This document shows, in pieces, positions 31,748 to 40,098 of a DNA stretch of 64,000 bases. The notes below the pieces were generated by a model that worked only from the letters and a program-made list of their open reading frames with translations, made no database searches and was not told where the DNA came from. Each line of letters starts with the position of its first letter. Positions within the stretch are counted from its first letter, which is position 1. The position numbers and the translations under genes were made by a program. The DNA comes from an uncultured archaeon (GTDB taxonomy: Archaea; Thermoproteota; Nitrososphaeria; Nitrososphaerales; Gagatemarchaeaceae): assembly GCA_963817525.1 (NCBI GenBank), contig CAWFOU010000007.1, positions 64,001 to 128,000 on the forward strand. The letters run 5' to 3'.

Positions 31748-31827
31748 GCGACTAAAGCGACCCCTTGCTGCTCAGACAGATTCCGACTGGGTGTGGACGA
31801 CCTGCGGCGAGGTCGCCAGAGGATAGG

Positions 31828-33054
31828 CTAGGGTGCACCGCAGCCCACGTCAACCAGCGTCGCGTTCACGTTGCCCGTGGCCTGCACGTCGTGGAGGGCG
31901 AGCAGGTCTCCAGAGGCCGAGACGTAGAGCTCGCCCGCGTTGGCGTCGTACCCCGCGAAACTCGGCATGCTGGAGAAAGAGTACATGTTCAGCAGGGTGC
32001 CCGTCGCCCCTTCGTAGACAAGCAGGTAGTTGTAGTTCGTCGGGACCATAACCACCTGATCTAACGAGGGGATGACGGCAATGCTGGACGGCCCGCAAGT
32101 CTCCGGATAAACCCTGAATATCACGTTCCCGTTCGTCCCGTTTACGGCTACGAGCTGCGACCCTCCAGTGACGTAGACGATGTCCGTCGACGGGTTCATG
32201 GTCATCGGCCCGTAGATTGGAGAGTCAAGGTCGACCGTGGTCACGAGGGAGCCGCTACTCCCGTTGATGATTGCGAGGTACTGGGAACCGCAGACATCGG
32301 CCGTCGCCTCCACACAGCCGTCCGCGTATACCATGCCGGTGTAGGGGTCGACCGCGACCTCGAAGGGGTTGAATACAAGCGGGATGCTCTCGACGGCCGA
32401 CCCGGTCGAGACGTTGACCCCGATCACGCTGCCATTCACCGGCCCCCAGAGGACGTGCGTGCTCGAGTCGAGCGCCATCCCACTGGTCTCTCCGCAAGTA
32501 AAGTCGTTGGACGCAATGATTCCGAGGCTCAGGGTGACCTCTCCCGTGACAGCATCCGTGGAGCCGCTGACCGCGACGATTTCCCCCGCCAGATTGTCCC
32601 CCGGGAGGACGGCCGGGAGGATGGCGTAGACCATGCCCGTCGAGTCGTCGACGGCCAGGTCGTAGCAGTAGCCCGCCGGGGTGCGAGGAAGGGAGACGTT
32701 TGCGACCACGACGTTGGAGGAAGCGTTGATCACGGTCAACGAGTCGTTCAGTGAGTAGGCCCCCGGGACAGGCCAGCCGAGGGCGTAGATCCTGCTGGCG
32801 TTAGCGTCGACAGCCACGATGGGGCCGCCTGCTCCTCCCAGCGAGATGTTGGCGGCCTCGACGTCCGCTGCCTGAATCGGCTGGCCTGTGCCCGCCGTGG
32901 AGGTAGATACGGAGGTGACCGTCTTCGCGATCGTCGTGGTTGAGGTGACTGTCCGCGTCTCGGTCTGGTCGACGCCGCTCCCCGCTAGGTACCCGGCACC
33001 GAGGCTCGCAATCACGAGAATCGCAATCACGGCCGCGAGGGATGCCGTCGGCAT
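31828..33054 (-). CDS. Membrane-anchored YVTN/YncE-like beta-propeller protein (cassette partner)
   Basis: Repeated AVD...G.VY and VIN.S...V blades; anchor IA.LV.ASLG.GYL shared with 5922..6701. Confidence 0.8.
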   Translation of the reverse strand: MPTASLAAVIAILVIASLGAGYLAGSGVDQTETRTVTSTTTIAKTVTSVSTSTAGTGQPIQAADVEAANISLGGAGGPIVAVDANASRIYALGWPVPGAYSLNDSLTVINASSNVVVANVSLPRTPAGYCYDLAVDDSTGMVYAILPAVLPGDNLAGEIVAVSGSTDAVTGEVTLSLGIIASNDFTCGETSGMALDSSTHVLWGPVNGSVIGVNVSTGSAVESIPLVFNPFEVAVDPYTGMVYADGCVEATADVCGSQYLAIINGSSGSLVTTVDLDSPIYGPMTMNPSTDIVYVTGGSQLVAVNGTNGNVIFRVYPETCGPSSIAVIPSLDQVVMVPTNYNYLLVYEGATGTLLNMYSFSSMPSFAGYDANAGELYVSASGDLLALHDVQATGNVNATLVDVGCGAP

Positions 33055-33309
33055 TTCCACTCGAAAGCGCAAAGGAGCGTGGTACCTATTCAACTCTGTG
33101 GTAGAATGTTCTCAAAGCAGTGTTAGTCCACCTGTCCGAACTTCACGACACCCCATCAACGAGTTCCTCGTTACTTACCGTGCTAGGACAGGAAGAGTCC
33201 CTGGCTTCCAGTTGCTGCACGCAACGAGAACAGCAAATCGGCTGTGCCACTTACGCTGCACGAAGAAAATGAGAAGCCCCTCAAACAAAAGGAAAACTTG
33301 ATTTTTTGT

Positions 33310-33794
33310 CTAACTCATCGCGATGGAGGTGGAGGCGCAAGTTCCTGCGTAGCAAGAGTAAGTTGAATAACCTATCGTTGAAGTCGGAGAGGTTCCAGTT
33401 CCGCCAGCTTGCCACCAAGTTTGATATCCCAGTTGGTAGCTGCCGCTGGTACCTTCGCCGACTTCGTCAGTGAAAGTGGTAATACCAGGGAAGTAGCTCG
33501 AGGAGGTAGTACCACTGTGACCTTCATTCGCTGTCAGGGCGTAGGTCAAGGAATTATAGGATATGTCCTGGGTGTAAAACGCCGTGAAAGTTACACAACA
33601 ACCTGATCCTGAAATATTAGAATCTTGGGCGTAAAGAGTCCAATAGCTGCAGCTGCTACAATAATTGATGCTAAAGTACACGGAATCACCCACGCTTATG
33701 CCGGGAAGTTCGTTGCCGCAGAATTGCGTATGGCAAGTCCCAGAACCCGCCGCATCCTCCACGAACAGAATTGGGTTCTTTGAGTTGGTGCATA
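33310..33794 (-). pseudogene. C-terminal fragment of a G1-peptidase-like protein
   Basis: SVGDSVYFSI, W.LYAQD, YALTANE; 5' part replaced by the neighbouring cassette. Confidence 0.55.
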
Positions 33795-35078
33795 TTAACC
33801 GACTATAGATGAGCACGAGCCAGCGTTAGTCTGCAACTGTCCGGCCACGCTCACGGGAAGATAGGAGGTGCTGACCACAGTGTTGCCCACGATTATCCCC
33901 ACGTCCATCGCGGTGTAGGTTGCGATAGGCCCCGAGATTAAGACGGAGAAGGTGTAGTTGGCAGACGAATAGGGACTCATCTGGAGGGTCGGGGAGTCGA
34001 ACTCTAGGTAGCCGATGGGCAACTCATTGAAGCTCGTGTCCTTTTCTTCTGAGTCGGCCGTTTGGTTATTGGGGGCCCATGAGCACTCATTGCCCGCGGA
34101 GTCCGGCACCAGCTCCGGGTTTCCCGCGAACACACGGACCACGTTGCTATTGTTTGCGGGTGACCCGAGCGTGACGGGATGGCTGAAGCTCTGGACGTGT
34201 ATCCTGAAGGTGATGTTCTCCTGGCCGCCGGATGTTGGGAAGCTGGACACCGAGATGTCACTCACGTTCTCGGTGGGGTTGAAAATTCTCCCGCTCCGCA
34301 GGTAGGCTACGCTCGCGCCGGTGTAACCAATAATCTGGCCTTCCAGCGGACCAGTATTACACTCGGGAAGTCCGAACGCATAGTTCGGAAAGTCTGAAGA
34401 GTTGACCTGAGAGGGTAAGTAACCAATTGCGACAGGAATTGCTGTGCATCCAAACGAGTAAGAAGGCCCTAGCCATAGCCCATCGAACCCGGTCGAGTTC
34501 TCACCGGTCGACACCTTGTACTGGATGACTGTAGTTTGACCTGCGGAAAGAGAGATGTTCCCAGGGGAGGCGCTCCCGCTAACGTTGTTGGCAGGCGGTT
34601 GCGGACCCGGAAAGTCAGATGGCCATGAGAACCAGGACGAGCCGAGGGGCGTTGAAATGCTTTGGTTGTAAAAGGGCATGTCAACGAACTGCAGACAGAG
34701 GTCAATGGTCGACCCGGTGCCTACAACAAAGGCAGGCTCTGCGCTTTCGGTGATCTGGGTGCCGTTCGCGAGCGTAGTCACGTTGCTGGGCGGAACCCGA
34801 TATGGCTGGTCGCACGGCGAGGGTGAGATGGTCGACGAGGATTGGCTCGTGCTAGTCGAATGGTCTACGTCGGTCGAAGAACTTGAACTGGTTGAATTCG
34901 TGCTTGAAACAGGAGTAGTGGTACTCGCAGATGTAATAGAGACCTGCGGGTGGTACGACACAGCGAATATGCCGACGGCTAATAGAATCGCTATGACGGC
35001 CGAGACCAGCGGAACCCCGAGACGAGATCCGATGCGACTACTTGTTCTCAATACCAACGACAATTGCCTTGTCCTCAT
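33795..35078 (-). CDS. Membrane-anchored extracellular protein (cassette partner)
   Basis: Paralog of 23109..23990 with an extra C-terminal domain; start placed at MRTRQ. Confidence 0.75.
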   Translation of the reverse strand: MRTRQLSLVLRTSSRIGSRLGVPLVSAVIAILLAVGIFAVSYHPQVSITSASTTTPVSSTNSTSSSSSTDVDHSTSTSQSSSTISPSPCDQPYRVPPSNVTTLANGTQITESAEPAFVVGTGSTIDLCLQFVDMPFYNQSISTPLGSSWFSWPSDFPGPQPPANNVSGSASPGNISLSAGQTTVIQYKVSTGENSTGFDGLWLGPSYSFGCTAIPVAIGYLPSQVNSSDFPNYAFGLPECNTGPLEGQIIGYTGASVAYLRSGRIFNPTENVSDISVSSFPTSGGQENITFRIHVQSFSHPVTLGSPANNSNVVRVFAGNPELVPDSAGNECSWAPNNQTADSEEKDTSFNELPIGYLEFDSPTLQMSPYSSANYTFSVLISGPIATYTAMDVGIIVGNTVVSTSYLPVSVAGQLQTNAGSCSSIVG

Positions 35079-35157
35079 AAATGGGTTTTTATTCGAACCA
35101 CCCCTACTGTCGTGCGCAGCCCGCACTTCGTCAGATTGACGCACCTTTGTAGTGGCC

Positions 35158-36411
35158 TTACGTGCAGGGTGCAGGTGTATGCGAACTCGTTTGGAAATGG
35201 TTCTTGAAGTCGCCGCTTGATAACATACTGCTGGTGGCAATGTTCTGGAGAAAATTATCGCAAACACATGGATAAGAGCAGCTAGTGCCGCTCTCAAAAT
35301 AGAACAAGTAGGAATACCCAGTTAGCTGGTAGGCCGCATAAGGAGAGATATTGGTAGCGGTGGAAGCATTTTCGAAGGCCTGGTCAGTGAATGAAACTGT
35401 TCCAAACGTCGCCAGCGGTTGGGTTCCCGGATTGGAGGGGTAATTGGGAAGTTCGGTTATCCATTCAGCCCAAGTTGGAGCCGTCATTGCAGAGAAAGAA
35501 ATATCACCAACATAGCAACTCTCATCGCTGTTAGAGAGGTCCTCGATGAAGGCGGTATAAGTCGAGTCACTACCCCCGTTGTAGTAATTGTTGAGGACAT
35601 AGGCGTATATGTCGTCACCTGTGGAAATAGTGATGTATCCGCCATCGGTGGTTGTACAGTTATGGTAGGAGCCCCCAGTCCCAACTGTTTCATACCATGC
35701 GAAATATTTTGATGTACAGCCGCTTCCATTGCAATCGGCCGTCGTCCCGTCCTGCGCGATGTCGTTGGTGCTTTCGCCGTTATCAGCCAATCCGGTCCAG
35801 GTACTTACATAGCAACGGCCAGAGTTACACCCAGTACCTGGGTATCCAGCGCTTGACTGGTTGTATTCTATGTAGGTAGCGTAAGTGTGAATCGTACCAC
35901 GGGAACTGGGACTCGCGCTATATCCCGCGTAGCGTGGGTTATCGTAGGTAGTCGGTGAATTCACTACGCGATTGGGCTGCACTGATGAACCCAATACCGA
36001 GAGGTTCTTTGATTCGGATATTACTAGACTATCTACTATCGAACCTGTGCTGTTGTGCAATACGAATACAACGTTGTAGCTTTCGATGTCTTCTTGGCAG
36101 GAAGAGGTTCCCTTGGCAATCTGGAATATGCTGTTGAAGGTTGGCTGGTAGTAAGAAGCGACCCCTGTTGAATACAAACTCGAGGCCTTCGCGTTTGCGA
36201 TTGCGGTCGTTTGGTTCATACCGTCATAAGCTTGGGCGATAGCAGACGCGCATGTATCTGCAGGTGGCGAAATAGAGCTAGTTGAGGCCGCGTTCCCTTT
36301 GGAGTCACTTGAAGCAGCGTTCACTACTGACACGGCGCTAGATGCCGCTAGCAGGCACATCATTGCAAAGATGCTTGCGACCTCCAGTTTGGATATAGCC
36401 CGGCGCATCAT
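35158..36411 (-). CDS. Secreted peptidase G1 (glutamic peptidase)-like
   Basis: STWTGL, IAQDGT, YFAWYE, GDDI, AEWITE; MMRRAISK N-terminus. Confidence 0.8.
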   Translation of the reverse strand: MMRRAISKLEVASIFAMMCLLAASSAVSVVNAASSDSKGNAASTSSISPPADTCASAIAQAYDGMNQTTAIANAKASSLYSTGVASYYQPTFNSIFQIAKGTSSCQEDIESYNVVFVLHNSTGSIVDSLVISESKNLSVLGSSVQPNRVVNSPTTYDNPRYAGYSASPSSRGTIHTYATYIEYNQSSAGYPGTGCNSGRCYVSTWTGLADNGESTNDIAQDGTTADCNGSGCTSKYFAWYETVGTGGSYHNCTTTDGGYITISTGDDIYAYVLNNYYNGGSDSTYTAFIEDLSNSDESCYVGDISFSAMTAPTWAEWITELPNYPSNPGTQPLATFGTVSFTDQAFENASTATNISPYAAYQLTGYSYLFYFESGTSCSYPCVCDNFLQNIATSSMLSSGDFKNHFQTSSHTPAPCT

Positions 36412-36413
36412 TC

Positions 36414-36504
36414 TGTCCAGAAGCAATTGGCTCGGACCTAAAAAGGAAGATTCACGACTGATAACTCAACTAGATTATCAACTGCTAGCAACAATGTTCT
36501 GTAA
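36414..36504 (-). promoter_or_regulatory. Cassette promoter copy E
   Basis: Hexamers at 36455/36467/36479. Confidence 0.75.
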
Positions 36505-36533
36505 GGTCGTCGGCAAGGGCATCAGCTATCGTC

Positions 36534-36780
36534 CTAGACCTCCCCTGTCTCCCGGTATCCCTTCAAAGTATCTTCTATGTACCTGAGCAGGATCGGGTCG
36601 CTACATGTGAACTTGTAGGTCTTCTGTCTTCGATCTCCATGAATTTTTGTTGTGACCTCGACTACGAGGTGAAGCCGCAGCAAGGAATACTCGGGCTCGT
36701 ATGAGCCTGGTCGGCCGCGAATGACTCCAATGACTTCGCTTGGGTAGAGACGCGTCTTGTGACAAATCTCGGAGATCAGT
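36534..36780 (-). pseudogene. EarA-family regulator remnant (5'-truncated, frameshifted)
   Basis: Nucleotide similarity to 11377..11615. Confidence 0.7.
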
Positions 36781-36894
36781 GACGCGTGCTCTCACGAGCT
36801 TCCCAGACGGTGAAGATGCGACTACGCAGGGTTCTGGTGGACAGTGCGGGTCACAAGTCGACGCCCCTCGTTAGCCGGTCTGCGGAAACGCTAA

Positions 36895-37329
36895 GGATTC
36901 GCGGAGAGATGTGGACAAATGCTGTCCACAAGTCCGGACGAGAGTTATGGACAGATGCTGTCCACAAGTATGCACTAGAGTTATGGCCTAATGTGGGCCA
37001 CAAGTCCAAACAAGAGTTATGGCCTAATGTGGGCCATAACTTCGAGGTTGCGATCCTCCTTCATGGTATTTTTCACGTCATGGTCGATGGTGCACTTTCC
37101 CCGCGTCAGGCCGCCTTACCGGGCAGTCTTTGCTGACCCTGCGATAATCCCACCTGTGCCGTGCTTTCTGTATCAGGTCGACAATCAACTTCACTGGGGT
37201 GTCTTGCCGGTTGGCGCAGACGGAACTGTTCGGCTTGTCGATGACGCCCATCTACTCGCGGACGCACTTCATCCCGAGGTCCGCATCTCGTCGTCCGGCC
37301 TCAACGTCGTGGACGGGAAGTCGGCCTCA
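36895..37329. repeat. Duplicated segment, copy 2, with four 36-bp palindromic units
   Basis: Palindromes at 36909, 36945, 36981, 37017. Confidence 0.8.
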
Positions 37330-37405
37330 ACGATTAATGAAAAATCTACGAGCATTCAAGCGGAATCCTTTATTTTCTGCAAGGCTCGTGCGCAATCCGC
37401 TAGGC

Positions 37406-37659
37406 TAAGGCTCAACCCTTGTGCATTAGCTCGTTTGGGCTAAGGCTCAACCCTTGTGCCTTAACCAGTCCGAGGGGGTTCGCCTCTGGCTCGCAAAGCG
37501 CGATGCAAAAGGCTACCCGAAATGTCGTGACGTGCCAAATCAGCGGTTGTCGGAACGTTTTGATCGAGTCCGTGATATCCTCACCTGCAGGCTCCAGGAG
37601 GTAATGCTCCAATGTGGAGCATTATCTTAGCATGGGTAATGCTCGACTGTCGAGCGCAG
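37406..37659. repeat. Two pairs of TAATGCTC-N7-GAGCATTA-type palindromes downstream of the integrase
   Basis: 37406/37441 and 37602/37637, each pair 35 bp apart. Confidence 0.75.
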
Positions 37660-37971
37660 CTTTTGAAGGTCCTATCGGGCGCTTTTCCAAGTCGCACTGC
37701 GAACCTGTTGGCAGGCGTTCTGAATCGGGGTCACCCCAAGCTGCAAGAAGCTGCCAGCCGAACCCTTTGATCGGGGACTTAGACGTGCACCGCCAGGTCA
37801 CGAAAACAATGAGGCGCGAAGGCCTCGTGCTTCGCAATCCGCAGACAGCAATGAAGGGCTCTAGTCCTATTCGCCGCTTCCGGCTTTGCTCCCGTTAAAT
37901 GCCCTAACCGACTAGGGAACCGGGTAACTTGACCGAAGAGGAATACGTGAAGGTCCCAAGGTCCGCCCTCG

Positions 37972-39228
37972 CTAAGCTAGAGCAGGACCTTGAGCGCCTG
38001 AGGAGGCTTGTTGAGACTTCATCTCCGCGACCTGCCTCTGCAGGTCGATGATGAGCTTGAGCATCTCCTTGCTCGTCTCCTCGCTCTGGCGGCTGGCTAC
38101 CGCCTGGTTGTAGTCCAGCGATAGTGCCGGCTCCATCCTCTTGTAGGCCTCGACAAAGTCCGCCTCGTAGACCTCGCTCCTGTTGTCGTAGACCTGCTGG
38201 ATCCCCTGTTCGTGCCCCATCATGAACTCGATGAGCGAGCTGTCGACCTTCGCGTGCTCCCCCTCCGTCTTGAAGCTGTGCCTGAGCATGTGGGAGTGCC
38301 AGCTCGAGGGGTTCCCGTTCCTGATCATCCCCTTCGCGGCCAGGTTCATCGCGGCCGCCCTCAACCGGCCGTTCAGGTATTGGTAGCTTACCCCGGTCCC
38401 CTGCTTCCCGGGGAAGACCATGTCGTCCGGACGGGGGTCGCGCCCGTAGAGGCGCACCCACTCCCCGTGCCACGCCTTGAGGTGCTCGATGGAGTCGCGC
38501 CCCAGGTAGGTGTGGTATTGCTTCCTGTGCCTCTTCCTCCCGGTGAACTCGAGCTTCAGCGGATACTCGCCCTCCCAGAGCTTCGCGACCTGCCCCCACC
38601 TCAGGGAAAGGAGCCGGTTGATCTCCACGCCGCTCTGCCACTCCATGAGAAAGGGGATGCGGGACGCGAGGGAGAGGGTCTTCAGGACGACGCGCACGTC
38701 GTCCGCGAGGAGTGCCCGGTCCGGCGTGACTGCCGGCCCTTCGGCGACGGAAAAGTCCCCGACGAGCTGGCTGTCGTTTCTCCTGAAGAAGACCTTCACG
38801 GCCGCGGCGGCGGAGGCGCGCTTAGTCCCGACCCCCCTGTTAAGGAGGTAGTCGTTCACGTATTCGTCCAGCCAGTCCGTGTGCCTCCTCTTCGTCTTGA
38901 CGTCCGTCGGCGGGGAGTTGTAGACGCACTCGAGGTTGTCCTTCACCAGCTCGTCCGGGTCCATGGCCACCCCCTTCGCGTCGCGGAGCCACCGGAGGTA
39001 CTGGTCGAGCATCAGGAGGTAGCAGCACCTCGTCGAGACCTTGGAGATCTTCCTCATGAACCGCCTGATGCTGTCGTAGCGGCCCCAGGTCAGCAGGAGC
39101 CTATCCGTCCTGGCCTGCATCTTGAGCTCCCAAGGCGTGAGGTACCGGCCCCCAGCGTCCTGGGCCGGCGCGGCGGCGCCCGACTTACTTGCTTCTCCCT
39201 TCATCCCTTCAAGATTAACCCTATACAT
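37972..39228 (-). CDS. Tyrosine recombinase/integrase
   Basis: HMLRHSF, FMMGH, QVY catalytic region; C-terminal coiled coil; abuts the right direct repeat. Confidence 0.9.
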   Translation of the reverse strand: MYRVNLEGMKGEASKSGAAAPAQDAGGRYLTPWELKMQARTDRLLLTWGRYDSIRRFMRKISKVSTRCCYLLMLDQYLRWLRDAKGVAMDPDELVKDNLECVYNSPPTDVKTKRRHTDWLDEYVNDYLLNRGVGTKRASAAAAVKVFFRRNDSQLVGDFSVAEGPAVTPDRALLADDVRVVLKTLSLASRIPFLMEWQSGVEINRLLSLRWGQVAKLWEGEYPLKLEFTGRKRHRKQYHTYLGRDSIEHLKAWHGEWVRLYGRDPRPDDMVFPGKQGTGVSYQYLNGRLRAAAMNLAAKGMIRNGNPSSWHSHMLRHSFKTEGEHAKVDSSLIEFMMGHEQGIQQVYDNRSEVYEADFVEAYKRMEPALSLDYNQAVASRQSEETSKEMLKLIIDLQRQVAEMKSQQASSGAQGPALA

Positions 39229-39233
39229 CTAAC

Positions 39234-39247
39234 ATCGCGAAAAAGGT
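39234..39247 (+). repeat. Putative attR direct repeat (overlaps BRE/TATA of the next gene)
   Basis: ATCGCGAAAAAGGT followed by TTAAAG. Confidence 0.6.
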
Positions 39248-39320
39248 TTAAAGTCCAATCTATCGGCGTGAGTTCATGCGCCAAGGGCGCGGGCAAGGAA
39301 AGGAGGATTCTAGCAGCAAC

Positions 39321-40082
39321 ATGACGTCCGTCGACGTCGCTCTAGAGCGGACTTTGCACCCTCCCTCCGGTTTCGTCGACACTTTCGCCGACACGCAGAA
39401 CGAACCTGCCGCTCTCGCCATAGACGCGGGCGTCTCCGACCTCAAGGTCCTCTACCACGACGGAAAGGTCGCGCTCCCGGTCACCTTGACGATACAGACC
39501 TCAACCGGCCTCCACAGGGGGGTGCACATGAGCAGGCTGGTCCACGCAGCCCAGTCGCACGACTCCCCGGACATAGTCTCGTGGCTGAGGAGGATATGCA
39601 AGCAGGTGAACGCCAGCCAGCCGGGGTCGTCGGTCACGTGCGCTTTTGAGGTCCCCTACGCGGATCAGTTCATCCCGGTCTCGATAAAGACGAGCCAGGC
39701 GGGCTCCATCAGCTACAGGTTCACCGCCAAGGGCATGACCGCGTGCCCGTGCAGTAAGAAGATGATAGGCGTCGGCCACATGCAGAGGGCGGAGATCGTG
39801 ATGATGGTGAAGGGTCGCAAACCCGTCGACATGCTCAAGCTTATCGACAAGATGGAGGAGTGCTTCTCGGCGGTCCCGACGGAGAAGATGAAGAGGGTGG
39901 AGGAGGCCAAGAAGATCCTGGAGGCCCAGGACCACCCCCGCTTCGCCGAGGACCTGGTGCGGGAGTGCGCGAGGCGCTTCCCCAACTCGGTTTACATACG
40001 CGCGAGGTGCTTTGAGTCCATCCACGCCCACGACGCGATAGCCACCTGGTCGAGGAAGACCAGGTGGGTCCCAGAGTTCTAG
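39321..40082 (+). CDS. GTP cyclohydrolase, FolE2/MptA family
   Basis: DTQ, RGVHMSRL, MTACPCS, HMQR, FAED.VR, ESIHAHDA. Confidence 0.9.
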   Translation: MTSVDVALERTLHPPSGFVDTFADTQNEPAALAIDAGVSDLKVLYHDGKVALPVTLTIQTSTGLHRGVHMSRLVHAAQSHDSPDIVSWLRRICKQVNASQPGSSVTCAFEVPYADQFIPVSIKTSQAGSISYRFTAKGMTACPCSKKMIGVGHMQRAEIVMMVKGRKPVDMLKLIDKMEECFSAVPTEKMKRVEEAKKILEAQDHPRFAEDLVRECARRFPNSVYIRARCFESIHAHDAIATWSRKTRWVPEF

Positions 40083-40098
40083 AGAGACCGCAGGCCGT

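Larger units (their letters stand above)
3987..39247. mobile_element. Integrase-associated genomic island (~35 kb)
   Basis: Direct repeat ATCGCGAAAAAGGT at both ends, terminal tyrosine integrase, lower GC than flanks, TA modules, IS, many pseudogenes. Confidence 0.75.

Noticed and set aside
33795-35297. 500-aa version of the partner ORF
   Set aside because: The extension overlaps the upstream peptidase; ATG at 35078 gives a normal N-terminal anchor.
31359-37039. 36-bp palindromic repeats as a CRISPR array
   Set aside because: Units are tandem with 13-bp, partly repeated linkers rather than unique 30-40 bp spacers; no cas genes.
3987-39247. Provirus, conjugative element or true integron
   Set aside because: No capsid, packaging ATPase, T4SS or relaxase genes recognised, and no attC-like site at every cassette boundary.
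38212-39324. Long antisense ORFs here and across the core region (e.g. 45816..46940, 51565..52410, 59100..60110)
   Set aside because: Shadow ORFs opposite well-supported high-GC genes.
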